Assembly (NCBI RefSeq): GCF_902459465.1
Contig: NC_047074.1
Span: 1,178,001 to 1,242,000 of the forward strand
Direction: 5' to 3'
DNA length: 64,000 nt
Origin: Asterias rubens
Lineage: Eukaryota
The notes beneath the pieces were generated by a model. That model worked only from the letters and a program-made list of their open reading frames with translations. It was not told where the DNA came from and searched no databases. The translations under genes and the position numbers were made by a program. Positions 24,793 through 38,885 of this stretch are shown piece after piece (the stretch's first letter is position 1; each line of letters begins with the position of its first letter).

Positions 24793-26302
24793 ATCTTGTG
24801 CATGAATAATCTCTGAATAATCTTTATTTTAGTCTTAACTGTGTAAAATTTACTGGTCATGCCTTCATACCGATGAGACCACCGGAGATCACTTGTTACT
24901 ACTGAGCCTTGTTTTGCATGCAACACCTCCGGGGCATGTCAACAATGATGCCCCATTGTATTTTGACACCAGTCCGCTCAGAACTATAAGATCACGATCA
25001 AAGAAAAAACCAACGAAAAAAAAACCAAAAATGACAAAATAAACAAAATGTACGTTTTACTTAGAAAATGAAGGTTTTTTTGCCAAAGAAATTGCTTTAG
25101 ACCGCTATTGATCAATAGGCCTACACCCCCAATTTACCACTAACTCCACTAACTCTATAAAAGTTGCACTGACGACCTGTTTTGAAGCTGAGCCGATTAA
25201 TGGCTTACCCAATTTTGTTTTTCCTTTTCCTCTCTGAGTGTCCTATTGTTTTTGTGTCCATACCTTTAAAAGGTCCTTACATTTTAATAGATTGTGGAAA
25301 CAATTTCGTTGTAACCTTATAAATGTTAGGTACCGAAATTGGACGCAAGGCACAACATTTTTAATAAATGTATCTGAAATGAATGTGATTTAGAGGTTTC
25401 TACTTTTGCAAAAAAAGGTTTCTACTTTTGACAACATTTCTTGAATCACCTTTCGGAAACTGTTTTTCCTCATCAGTCAATATTTTTTTAAATAAGATAT
25501 TTTGCCGAATCTTATCCTGTAGTGGAGAAGATGTAATTTATGATTTTTTTGTTTTCTTGCTTGATGAGGATCGAGGGACCTGGATTTTTTATAATTATTA
25601 TTTTCTTGCTGTCAATAGACTATTAATAAGACTGATAATAAATCAGTGTTTCGGACAAATAAAGTAACAGGAATACACTAACAAAACAAATTTAAACAAA
25701 CAATGAAAACAGTAGTTCATGATTTGCTTTATTGTGCATTCATAAGTTCTGTGCACATCACTGATAATCATCTAGACAATAAAAAGGGGGTTGGTGTAGG
25801 GTGAACACGAAACAAATTATTGAGTTCTGCTTCGTTGTATGAGTTATTGGTAAAATCACACCATTTGAAAGCATACAATGTGTTGAGCCCGTAACTAATA
25901 CTGTAACACTTAACTCCCACTGTTCCCCGAATGAAAAGTTAACTTAATAATTGCACCCCCCCCCCCAACACGCGTTCGCCCCGCCCCATCTTGGCGAAGA
26001 GGCGTTTATTTATTACCCTAACAGCGCCCTCGCTTGGTGACAAACACATAGCTGGTGTCCAGCCTACCTGCAGAATAACGTATGCTTAAGAACGTCCTTA
26101 TGCCACCGGCCGGTTTGTTTACCAGCGGAAGAGACAGAGATCTCAAAGTTCACTGCTTTTCTGTAAACTGCTGTGGCAGCTTGTGATATTGATATTGTTT
26201 TTGCAAATAATTACAACATAGATAGAAAGATGTGACGTGCTAACGCCTTTTTGACGCTTTTCAATATTTTGCAGCTTTAGGAAGCAATAGTTAGTTGAAA
26301 TT

Positions 26303-29300
26303 ATGTCATCGTCTGACAGAATACAACACACCGGACTGGTCACACAACAGGTAAAGTCGCACAGGAAACCCACCTTTTATTTAACTGCATCTTATTCGTG
26401 AGAAAATAAATTAACCAGGCCCTTCCCCCTTTTTTCTTTACTTTGTCTTAAGTTGACCCCCTTTCTCTACGTACCTCACACCCGTGCCTCCCTTTATGCG
26501 TATTGAAAAACTTGCCGTACCCGTCATCCATTTATTTTTGTATCTAATTTATTCAATATTTAAAACTTGTTGGATTGTGTGTGGAAGAAAGTTAAATTAA
26601 TTTTAAATAATTAAAAAACAAAAAGGGATATCTCATTGAGATAAATTTAGATACGTATATTTCATATCGAGTGAAAAAGTGGTGGCGCCATATGGAAACC
26701 TTTCCAAAATAATAATCAATAATAAGTGTCATGAGATGAGCATGAGTGTTACTTGCTAATTCTTGCTTGCCAAAACTGGCACTGACTGAGCTGTGTGCCA
26801 AAAGTGCCAGGGGCCGATTTCACAAAGATCTAAGATTGATCGTAACTGCAAATCAATCGTAGTTGCTTAGTAAAACGTGATGTCACCACACAAATCACTA
26901 TGTATGGTGATACTGAAAATTTGTCTTGCGATGAATTTTATTGCTTTGTGAAATCGGCCCCTGTTCCAAAAAGTAAACAAGGCTATACAAATCACTGGAC
27001 CTACACATGCATATAATAGGCCTATATTTTAAATTAGTGACTAAGACTCTAGTCTTACTAGTTAGTCACATAATTATATACGTACATGTACATGTATAGA
27101 GGTACATGTGTAGCTGTGTGGAGTGAATTATAATCCTGTATTCTATAGTTACTTCACTAATTTAGTAAGAGTGTAGAACCGGTAGTGTAGGCATTAATGC
27201 ATCCTGCCACAAATGTTTCACACATTTTTACCAAAAAGGGAAGCTCTTTTCAATCAGTTGTAATGATAACAAATGAAAAAAGTGTTGGCAGGATACAACT
27301 GAATTTTGTTTTCATCCCCAAATCAAGAAGACTCTTCTATATTGCTTCAGATAATATTGCTAAGTTAGTGTTGTGAATGTCAGGCTTGATTTATTTACAT
27401 GCCTTTTTATAAGTATTTTTACAAAATTTGCCCACTATTCTGAAGAAGGAGGTCTCTTTTAAAAACAAGTCGCTAGGTATTCTTCAATTATTCACAAAGG
27501 TCTTTTATTTCTAATTTTTAAATATGATTCTATTGTTTCTTGCAGAGGCGGTTGCGTCACCTATGCAGTCTATCAGCTCGCAACATCCAGGTCGGTACAC
27601 AGCCTGATGCCACTCCGAAGGAGAAAGAGTCGCTGATAGAAACCTACTTTACTCTGCATATATGGCCGTCTTGTCAAAGTAAGTGTATAGATGAACTGCA
27701 CATAGCGTCAACGACTGTCAAATTTTATGGTAAACAATGGAAAAATGCACTCGTGTGTGAGCTGGGTACAACTCTCAGGCAATGATACAGTATATATACA
27801 TGTAGCCTTTCAGGCGTGCACGATTCATCATGTTACGGTACGTCTTAACACACTCGGACTTGAAGGCCAAGAGCGTTTTGAAGAAGTTGCCAATAGCCAT
27901 CATGTAGGCCTCTCGGAATTTAAACTTCAAAAGTTGTGGGCAAACCCCATTCAACCACAGGGTAATTATTTTTATTTGTAATACCGTCTTTAATTAAATA
28001 ACTTTTTGTCCTTTGTTGACAGCTGTTTACACAAGTGAAAAGATCAACAATTCTTTAGTAAGTAATCCATTCAGTCAGTTCATGCATTAGATAATAATTA
28101 TAAGCAAGATAAATACCTGTGTTGAAGCAAGTACTATTTAAAGACACTGGACACTATTGGTAATTGTCAAAGACTAGCCTTCACAGTTGGTGTATCTCCA
28201 CATATGCATAAAATAACAAACATGTGAACATTTGAGCTCAATCGGTCATCGAAGTTGCGAGATAATAATGAAAGGAAAATAGCCCTTGTCACACGAAGTT
28301 GTGTGCGTTTAGATGGTGTATTTCTAGACCTCAAGTTCTAAACTTGAGGTCTCGAAATCAAATCTGGGGAAATTACTCCTTTCCTAAAAACTATGTCACT
28401 TCAGAGGGAGCCGTTTCTCACAATGTTTTATACCATCAACCTCTCCCAATTACTCATCACCAAGTAAGGTTTTATGCTAATTATTTTGAGTAGTTTCCAA
28501 TAGTGTCCACTGCCTTTAAAGTAGATAAATGATAAAAACAAAAAGTAATTATTTTAAATTATTAGCAAATTTGTATAGCGGCAAAAAAGGAAGCTCTGCG
28601 GTGCTTAACATGCTTAATGTGCACCCTGTTTGTGTGTTTCACTGTTTAAGATGCTTGCTTCAATTTTGGCCTATTTGACCCTTAGATTTAAATTGTACCT
28701 TGCTATTTTCATAGATGCGAGAAAGTTATGTACAGTAAGCTTTGATTTTATGTCTTGCACGAAACAAACTTTACCAACAGTAAGTGCTAGTTAAATCGAA
28801 AACTAAGTTTATTTTTTGTCGGTATCTGGACATTAAATATCGTCCGTAAGCCACGTACAAACAATTCTTCAGTTTTATGTTTTTTTTGCATTGTTCGTGG
28901 CATAATATGCATGTGTCTTACGTTTTAAACAAAAATCATCTGTTTAGATTAGTCAAGAGAAATATTTTGAGTTGAGTCTCATGATTTGTTTTGTCTTTAC
29001 AGAATCCAACATGGCGTAGCTTTGACCTTCAAATGTCCTGCCCTGACCTGGACGTATCCCAGTCAAGTATCCTTTATAAAAATGTCATTGTATTTTTCCG
29101 TTTTATTATTAAGTCTGCGCAAATAATTTGCCCATTAATTAAAAAAAAGGATATAATGTAAATAATGAATATCAAAAAAGGTAAAAAAAAAATCCTTTCA
29201 AGAAATCGTAATTTTCAATCAATTTAACCCACAGTAACTGATTTGATACCTTTTGCAAAGTTCCAATACAAATGAACATATTTTCTCAAAGAGAGTGCCC

Positions 29301-32300
29301 CTTACCAGAGGAAAATTGCTCTGTCCTTTGAAGAGCGAAGTTCCAGGCCTGTTGTTCAATTTGAATAACTCGAAAATGGGAAGTCCAGTTACAAAATTTT
29401 GAGTAGGAGATATGAGTTTACATTTGTACATTGAAACACAGAATATACTTGTATACAACTTTTTGGGGTGTTATTGCAATATTGCTTCAAAAGTATACAC
29501 TGAACCGTAAAAAAAAAATATAAAAAAAAGGCCGTAAAAAAAAGATACCTGTCAAATATTGCTCAGACCATTGTTTAGAGCAATGAATTCCAAACAAACA
29601 TTTATTTACTCACTGTTGCAGGCTGTAATTTGAAAAGTAAGACGTTTTTTCCTTGGTAAAGGGCACCTTAAGAGGAAATTGCAAGTTTCTACTGGCAGAG
29701 CATTTGAAGGGCACCAAGGCAATGACCAGGGGGCATGAAGGCAACTACCGTTGTTGACTTCATGAAGTTTATTGGTTTATCAATAACTCTGTTGTTGTAA
29801 GAAGTCTTTCCTTAACGCACCTGTTACCCAGCTATTCTTGTAAGGATGTGGGGCGGTCAAGACTCCGAATGTAGCCTTGTTATAGAATGGCTGGTCAATC
29901 TCAGAGGTCTGTGCTACCTAGGAACTCAGGTGAGTCTATCTATCTTAATGACACTGGACACCATTAATTGTCAAAGACCAGTCTTCTCACTTGGTGTGTC
30001 TCAACATATCCATAAAATAGCAAACATTTGAAAATTTGAGCTCAATTGGTCGTCGAAGTTGCCTGTCGAAGTTGCCAGATAATAACACAAAATACAAACA
30101 ATTGTCAAACGAAGTTGTGTGCCTTCAGATACTTGATTTCAAGACCTCAGCTATCATGACTATAGTTCTGAGATCTCAAAATCAAAATTCTCGAAAACTA
30201 TGTTACATCAGAGGGAGCCTTTTCTCAAATTGTTTTAATCTATCAACAGCTCTCCATTACTCGTTACCAGGTAAGGTTTTATGCAAAAATTATTTTGAAG
30301 TAATAACCAATAGTGTCCACTGCCTTTATATATAGAAAAGCGTTATGACCGACTGGTCTAAGTTCCCGTACCCAAGCTTTTGTCGTCAGCATCAGAGTGT
30401 GTGTTTGAATCCCAGTAATGACAATATTGTGCCGTTGAGTAAGGCACTTAAAGACAGCTTTGGTAATTGTCAAAGACCAGTATTTTCACTTGGTGTATCC
30501 CAACATAAATGCATGAACAAACAAGTGTGTGAAAATGTTTACTCTATTGGTCATCGAAATTTCAAGAGAATAAAGAAAAACATCCTTGTTGCACAAATTT
30601 GTGTGTTTTCAGATGCCTAATAAAAGGCTACAGGCCTGAAGTGTTTTACTAATTTGAGTGAGAAATTCGGTTTTTCTCAGACGTTACTTCAGAGATAATT
30701 GTTTCTCGCCAAGTTAGTTTTAATACTAGTAATTATTTTGAAGAATTATCAATAGTGTCCAGTGCCTTAAACCATAATTGCTTCGTAAAAACTTGAGTTG
30801 ATATTGTTTCAGGAATGCCTAGTGCTAGATGAACAGGAGGCTCTTTGAGAGACCAACTTGGCTAGAAAATGCTCAACCATTGTTGTTGTTATTGTTGTTT
30901 ACCATTTGTAGATACACAAGGATGGAGTTCGGTACCAACCCAATTCCCTCATCTTTGGGATGTTTCAGGGTTTCTATGGTGCGTCGGATAACCTACTTGT
31001 AAGTAATATCAAAGTCTTATATAACATGGTATAGCGCACGTATCTACCAAACAAGGTACATGTACTCAAGGACCTGAGTATTCAAACTTTCTGAAAGATA
31101 GGATATTGCAGTGATGAATTCTGAGACCCAATTATGTAGCACCTTATAAGGGTTTACGGCAAATTTAGCAGCCACACCCAGGACCACTGGGGCGAACCCC
31201 TTCTCTTTTCGATAAGTGCACTGGATTCTTGTACATGCATTACACAACACATGGGACCAACGACTTTACGTCCCATCCGAGGGGAAGTTTTAACCCTCTT
31301 TGAGCTTATAGACTGTGCAAGTCTTACTCTTACTCAAACATTTGATTTGAATATTGGACCTGTTAAAGTACGTGAGTTTGTTTCCTTCATGCAGGTTGAA
31401 CCATAGTTGTCCAAAAAACCCTACCCTCTCATTTGAGTGGTTTGACAATTATTGGTCACCTTCCTTGCAAATGAGAGTAATGGTAGGAGGGTTGATGTGG
31501 TTAAAATTCATGCATGTGATAAACTTATCTTTCCAATCTTTTTAAAGGAACATTAAAGAAACGGTAAGAAAAAAAATCACGGAGAACACAGATTTACAAA
31601 AATTTACATGGTCTAATGATGATAAAAGTAGAATATCCCTTGAAATATTTCTGCCCGAAATGTCATATTTGATGAGAAATAAATAATACTAATTTCCTGT
31701 TTGGAGTTTATCGCTCAGTGAGAGTTTTATTCATTTGCTCTTATTGCATCGATGTCATGCAAAATGTGTTTCTAGTTTTTGTCACTGTTTTCTCATGAAC
31801 CAAACCAGATGGCCGATCGTTCTCAAACTTCTACAGGCTTGTCAGTTTATGTACACAGTGCATTACATTAAGTGCTTACACTGCCAGCAACTGTTTTATT
31901 CGAGAAAAAAAAAAGCAATTCTGTATTAAATGTGCCTTTAATAATAATTTGTCATTTATATACAGGATTCAGCTGTGCAGAATTATTTTCAAACATCGAT
32001 CGAAGTGGAGCAGAGTGCCGCAATTCTTTCATACAAGACGTTTTCTTTGGGAAGGTAAGACATTTTATTTTGATCTACCTTGAGAGCAAAACTAATTTCT
32101 GATCGTGTTGATTTTATCTAATTGAGTGTAGGCAGTGACTGAGTTGTATTTTCTGCAGAACTTTTTTACTTAAAGACACAATCTTCGTGGCACTGTTTTA
32201 CATATTTCTCAAAGCTACAGCACGTCAGCAAGTAATATTTCAAGGGAACATTTCCACTATCATTATCTTCGAACCATTTACATTTAATGTAAATCTGCAG

Positions 32301-34980
32301 ACATTGTGTTTGTGACGTACAAAAAGTTTCCAAACTCTTTTGAGGTTACCGGAGTAAAGGTATTATGGCCAAGCGGTCAAGCGCACTGGAGTTTGGTGTT
32401 TCTGACCAGCAGATTGTGGACTCTAAAGGCATATTGGTACATGTACATAAAGGGTAAAAATAAGACTATTTATCCGTGATGCAAAGTCCATATCATAATG
32501 CTGTGCTTGGTTTCATTCTTGCAGGCTACACACCACTCAGCGAGCAATAAGACAGACGGAAGCAACGGTTACCAAAGTCAGAAGTTCCATCGTCCATAAA
32601 CTGACCTTAGCAAAGAAGAAAACCGTCCTGGTAAGCCAGCCATTCCTGAGGGTTTGCCTCTCATATTCAACCCCCAAAGGCTTTTTGTTTTGCTGACTGT
32701 ATACTTGTCATCCAAATTGCACTAGAAAGACATCCTTTTTATTCAAACTGTTACCACCAAAGCAATATTTGCTGAACATCATTTACTGGACTTCATTTAT
32801 GGAACAATCTCCCTCTTCACATCAATCAAGCAACCACCGTCACACACTTCAAGACTCTTCTCAAAACATTCAGGTTTAAGTTACTCATAAAATTTATGAG
32901 CATTTTAAACATGTATGCTGCTTAGTTAATAATTATCAAGAATAATAATATCACTCTGCTGATCAGAAACACCAGAGTTTGCATTCGGTGCTCTTAGGAC
33001 TTTTGACGAGTTAAGTTCCCTATCTGAAGACGTAGGACGCATTGAACCCATCCTAAGTTAGGACAGGTTACTCGTTCTAACTGGAGATAGGAGTAATCCT
33101 AGCGTTTCGTGAAATCAGCCGCAGGTCTACTTACTAGGTACTCTTAGTTTCATCCAAGAAATATATACAAACATAATAATTTTTAATTAATCGAAAGCAA
33201 ATGCGTGAATTTATTATAAGAGGATGATGTTAATGTTATTAATTGTAACTAAGAATATTTTGTTTGACAGTAAAGAAAGGACTCCTTAACCCAAAAATGG
33301 TTTCTAATTGAACAGTTATTTTAATTCAAGGACCTAAAGCCATAAAACACTAGTACATACATTGTTCAACTTGTTTAAACTTTAGCAGTTGTTTAACTGT
33401 TTCTACTTTCTTATCTATCAGCGTTCGGGAATTGAAGAGTTGAAACTACGTCTGGGAATTCTAAAGGGTGAAATGGAAAGGCAGGAAGTCTTGATGGCGT
33501 CAGACTGCAAAAGATGCACCAAAACGAGAGAGGTCATTGATGAAAGAGGTAGCTCATTGCCTTTGTTCTATATCAGTGCTTTTGGGACACTCTAGTTATT
33601 CATTTTTATTATTTTTTTTTTTTTTTTTTAGGAGGATGGGGGAAGAATGTTATTATTTCAACAATGTTGCAACTTTTCGCCATTATAATCTCCGTTTTGT
33701 CTGTTCAAATAAATTTTATTGTGTTATTTTAAGTTTGGCGCTTGCGTTGATGGATGTGGCTGAAATAAGTTAAAAATAAATCAAAAATAAAAGTAAAAAA
33801 AGGAATGTTGCCTTTGATTCTTGTAGCTCAAGCTCACAAGTTACGATGTGAGAGAATGAGGAGTGAAAAAGACGAGTGGACAAACCAACTTGAGCTTCTC
33901 AGAGAGAGAAAGTAAGTTAAACATGATTAAAGGCATGGACACTATTGGTAATTGTCAAAGACTAGCCTTCACAGTTGGTGTATCTCAACATAGGCATAAA
34001 ATAACAAACCTGTGAAAATTTGATCTCAATCAGTAGTCGAAATTGCGAGACATTAATGTAAAAAAATTGTCGCACCATGGTCACACGTAGTTGTGTGCTT
34101 TAAGATGCTTGATTTCGAGACCTTAAAATCTAATTCTGAGGTCTCAAAATCAAATTTGTGGAAAATTACTTCATTCTCAAAAGCTACGTCACTTCAGAGA
34201 CGCTGTTTCTCACAATGTTTTATACTATCAACCTCTTCCCATTACTCGTAATCAAGAAAGGTTTTATGCTAATAATTATTTTGAGTAATTACCAATAGTG
34301 TCCACTGCCTTTAAGTGGCAAAAGATAAATTACGAAATGAACAATGCAGGTGTAGATAAACAATAACAAATGTAACAAGGAATTAAACTTTTATACAGTC
34401 GATGTATGTATCTGAAAAACTTTCCAGCAATGTGCCATACTTTTTACCGTGTTAGGGCGCTCTCAATCACTTCTGGGGGTATATTAATTTATACCCCATA
34501 CGATTATTAAAGACTGGATTAATTACAGACATCTAATCCATCACGGACAATAAAACTTTTAAAGGAGCCGTTATAAACCTCTACTAAAGCAACTTAAAAC
34601 TACAACGCAACAAAAGTGACAGAACGCCTGTTTAAAACTGTGCAGGACGAATTGCGTATACCCCCCGGAAGTGATAAATGCGGTCAAAAATAGGACACAT
34701 TTCATCTTCATTTCCTCCTGACACTTTTTGTTATTTTGTTTGTGTGTGCAGAGAACAACTGCAGAAGTTATCAGCGCAGTATGCAGCCCGTAAAACTACC
34801 CTCATCGGGGAGTTGGCTGATATCTACCCCGTTGTGGAGGTCGCAAACAATGAGCACACAATTCTAGGCATCAGACTTCCCAATGCGGAGAATTACTCAG
34901 GTACCTAGAACCACTTCCTAGAGCAGGATGTGAACCATTGACCTCCGGTAACATGCCGGTATCGCAGGAGATTCTGTGTG

Positions 34981-35015
<35 letters not shown>

Positions 35016-38000
35016 AGTGGTTCTGTCCCCCCCCCCCCCTATATGGCAACCTTTGTACAAACTTCTTCTGATAGCGCCCTCTTTTGAACCTTCGTCCTTC
35101 AGCCAATATTAATTTCCCATATGGAGCATAGAATATCTGGGGGACATAATTCCCTGGGACAACCAACTGAGGTTTCTAGCACTATTTTGGTGGTCTCCTT
35201 CATTTGTCAATAAACAGCTCAGTTGGTGGAGCGCTGGCATGTTTCTAGAGGTCATTGGTTGAGGTCATTGCTGAAGTAAATATTATTTGTCTTTATTCAA
35301 CCCCAAATTTTCTCATTCTTTAACGAGTTTGTAATATAATTTACCTGTAAGTTTTTGAAGAAAAAAAAAGTGAGAGACACAAAGCAATGTTTTCAGGAGA
35401 AGATGTTTCACTTATTTCTCAAAAACTACAGCATCCAGCTAGGAATATAGCGTTCTATCATCTTTATCTTCTAAGTTTAACGTAAATCTGTGGAAGTCTG
35501 TGTTTTGTGTCGTACAAAAAGTGCCCAAACCCTTTAATCTGACTTGTGTGTTCCATACAGGAACCGATGATATGGTGGTATCCACCGGGCTCGGACATAC
35601 TTGCCATCTTATCTTGATGATGTCACAGATCCTCAAGTTACCCCTTCGCTATCCCATGATCCACTACGGGTCTCGATCTATCGTCCGAGATCACATCACG
35701 GAAGCGCTGGCTGAGAAGGACAGAGAGTAAGTTTTGGAAGTTTTAAAAATAGTTTTTTGTTTAATTTTTTTGAATTTCAAGTTCATCCCAAACAAGGCTT
35801 AAAGGCATTGTAAGAAACAGCTCCCTCTGAAGTGACGTAGTTTTCGAGAAAGAAGTAATTTTCCACGGATTTGATTTCGAGACCTTAAGTTTAGAACTTG
35901 AAGTCTCGAAATCAACCATCTAAACCCACACAACTTCGTGTGACAAGGGTGTTTTTTCTTTCATTATTATCTCGAAAGTTTGATGACCGATTGAGCTCAA
36001 ATTTTCACAGGTTTGTTTTTTTATGCATATGTTGAGATACACAAACTGTGAAGACTAGTCTTTGACAATTACCAATTGTGTCCAATGTCTTTAAAGCCAC
36101 TCTTGGTATGGGCTACAAGAAGAAAGGTTAATTTAATGAAAAGAACTCATGGGAGTTGAAGATATGAACTGATACTCCTCTTAAAACAGTCTAGATTGCA
36201 TGATGGAGGGGGGATTCGAACCCGCAACCCTTGCAATTCAAGAGCAGTGTCTCGACCTTCCAAAGAGGTTCTTTTAATTCTTAAAAGCCTTTTCAAATCT
36301 CCTAAATGCCACTATTTAAACAAAAATATATTTTAATTTTTGTTATGCAAGTCGCCAGACACACAGGCCTTGGCTACAAATCAACTATTTTCTCCGTCTT
36401 CAAAAGCGACTTAATCAAAAGATTGTACCATTTTCGCATGCTTGTATTTGTAAAATTATTTTTAACTGATTTCTTTTTGCATTGACAGTTTCCCGTTATA
36501 CAGTCGCGGCAAGGAACGATTCCAGTTCAACTATGCTCTGTACCTTCTCAATCGGAACATAGCTCAACTCAGATTCGCCTTGGGAGTCCAAACCACTGAT
36601 CTCAGAGCCACTCTACCTAACCTCAAAACACTTCTGGAACTCAAGTGGGGAGTTAAAAAGTAAGGATGCCCCTTCAGTAAAATTTCAGACCTGTGTGCTT
36701 GGTTTTTGAAAGGGCAAGGGCATAAAGGCGTTTTTCCTTGGAATGAGGAAACTGCAAACTTTCTACTGTAGCGTTTCAGGGGCACCAAGGCAATGGCCAG
36801 GTGGAATGGAAGCAATGGACTTCATTGCCTCCGTGAAGTATCAGGCTTGAAACTTTCATAGCATTTATTGTGTGTTGTTAGTGACTTGGTCTAGGGGAGT
36901 AGTCTAAAGTAGTCTAATGTATTGTTTGTTTGACATCCTCAGCAGTACCGACAGCATGATATACCAATCGCCAAGAAGCCTCCGCCAGCAGGGTTCGTCC
37001 TCGACCCCGCCCCAGCAGAGGACAACGCCAGCCAACGCCCAACCTTATCCCGTCCAGGCACCCCCTGTCTACAGCCAGGTAGATTCCTCAAGGTCAAAGA
37101 CAGTTCCCAACACCCCACCGCCCGTCTACCAACAACCTGACGCTGGGAGAACCCCTCCCGCTTCGCCGTTTGTCGAGCTGATAAGTCCGTTTGAAGAGCT
37201 GACTCTGGAAACAGAGCCAACTCCAACCCTTCCAATACCTATCCCGAGCGTTGACATGGCTGCTAAGGATATTGAAGCAAAACAAGCCATGCTTGTGAAT
37301 CGCCAGAATGGCACGACTGTGCAAACCACTGCTTTGGTGGAACCTCACAGAAACACTGACTTAGAAGAATCTCTAAGCGACGTAGACAGCACAGGAACTC
37401 TCCAGCCAAGACATTCTAGCGAAACCTATCAGAAGCAGCAGAGCAGCTGGCCAACAATTCAGTCTGTCGGCGAAGACAACGAAATCAGTAGAACGCTGGA
37501 GAAGTCTCTAGACGTTGACCAGACAGAGATGGAGAAGTCCCTAGAGGTGTTTACATTATCACTAGGAGATGAAGGGAATGAACTGGAATCTCCTCGCGGC
37601 GAATTGCAGACCACCTCACTTGACTTCTCGCCAGACGTTGAAGGCGATTCCACAGCCTTACCAAAGTTTGCACCATCAGGCCAGCTTATTGTTTCAGAGC
37701 AGTCCACAGCCGAACCAGCAGCTCAACCTCCTGCTGATAACAAACAAGTCAACCCATCCAGTATGAACAGCAACCACAACTCATCTTTAGTTAGCCTTCC
37801 TGATTTTCAGACTGCTTCAAAACCCGAAACCAAACGTGCATCACCTGACTGTGACAGCACAAATTTAACCCAAACTCCTGACCAAGTCATCACCTCCTCG
37901 ACACTGGCAGAACCAATGTCAAAACCAAACTCGGCACACAACATGCACAATCTCAGCCAATCGCCTAAAATTAGCTTCATAGACGCATTAAATTTTGACG

Positions 38001-38251
38001 AGAATGCCAAAGTCACATATCCACAAGACAACGATCGTCCTATGAGCATAGATCGAGCTTCCAATAACCGGTCCCCTGTAGAGATTCCACAAAGGGAGCC
38101 TGTCCATTCTGGTTACTCAACAGAATCGGATTCCGTTTACCAGTTTGATGACCTCGGAAGTCGTACGGAGGCCCTCGCTAGACACGAAAGCTTCTCAAGC
38201 TTCAAAAAAGCGTCTAGTCCGGCTAAAGCGCACAAATTTGGGAAAACATAG
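26303..38251 (+). CDS. UVRAG: UV radiation resistance-associated protein (PI3KC3 complex II subunit), 14 exons, 888 aa
   Basis: Exons 26303-26350, 27546-27678, 28023-28057, 29003-29066, 29832-29929, 30912-30998, 31966-32054, 32525-32630, 33422-33548, 33827-33911, 34752-34900, 35561-35726, 36489-36659, 36943-38251. All GT-AG with a consistent phase chain; 2667 nt. UVRAG-like segments: [115 protein letters not shown]. Confidence 0.92.
26808..26962. mobile_element. Small Harbinger-like MITE in UVRAG intron 1
   Basis: CAGGGGCCGATTTCACAAAG / CTTTGTGAAATCGGCCCCTG. Confidence 0.82.
28138..28519. mobile_element. Family A MITE in UVRAG intron 3
   Basis: Full TIRs with TTAA at both ends. Confidence 0.87.
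29945..30770. mobile_element. Two family A MITEs (29945-30328, 30448-30770) flanking a tRNA-derived SINE head, UVRAG intron 5
   Basis: TIR-like ends GACACTGGACACC.../...AATAGTGTCCA(C/G)TGCC. The SINE-like segment 30345-30450 has A/B-box-like GACCGACTGGTCTAAG...GTTTGAATCCC. Confidence 0.75.
33927..34314. mobile_element. Family A MITE in UVRAG intron 10
   Basis: TTAAAGGCATGGACACTATTGG...AATAGTGTCCACTGCCTTTAA. Confidence 0.86.
35799..36094. mobile_element. Family A MITE with internal deletion, UVRAG intron 12
   Basis: TTAAAGGCA joined directly to the internal TTGTAAGAAAC; intact right end GTGTCCAATGTCTTTAA. Confidence 0.8.
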
Positions 38252-38524
38252 AAACCTCGACCAAACTAGTTTGACAATTGTTGTAAGCAAAGTGCTTGCA
38301 CCTGAAAAGAGGGTCATTTCCCTCTGGACCTCTGGATAAATATATTTACGCGGTAAGTATTATATTAATATTCTCTTACAGTCTCTATTTTAATCTTATA
38401 ATGCATTTACATATTACATTTAGTCACTTTTTAAGAATTTGTTTTTACATAACTCATATTTTGCACAGTTTTAATTATTGAATACTTACAACATGTGCAT
38501 TGATCAAGGCAATGCACCCTATAG

Positions 38525-38885
38525 GCACTGAACACGTTTGGTAATTGTCAAAGACCAGTATTCTCACTTGGTGTATCCCAACATAAGCATAAAATAACAA
38601 GCCTGTGAAAACTTGGACTCACTTTTTCATTCAAGTTGCAAGAAAATGCTGACAGAAAAAACACCCTTTTTGTACAAAATAGTGTGCATTCAGATAGGAA
38701 TAAAAGGCTTCTGGCCAGAAGTCTTTATTTTTTTAGAGGGAAATTACCTCTTTCTCAAAAACTACGTTACTTCAGAGGGAGTCCTTTCTCACACTGTTTT
38801 ATACTATCAACCGTTGCTTGTTACCAAGTAAGTTTTTATGCTAACTGTTTTTTGAGTAATTACCAATAGTGTCCACTACCTTTAA
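38525..38885. mobile_element. Family A MITE downstream of UVRAG
   Basis: GCACTGAACACGTTTGGTAATTGTCAAAGACC...AATAGTGTCCACTACCTTTAA. Confidence 0.8.

Noticed and set aside
28299-28493. Recurrent short ORFs such as [20 protein letters not shown] (also 6245, 38636, 39570, 51810, 51833)
   Set aside because: Chance reading frames within family A MITE copies; not transposase.
36939-38064. Minus-strand ORFs over the UVRAG last exon
   Set aside because: Antisense shadows of a real coding exon with no recognisable domain.
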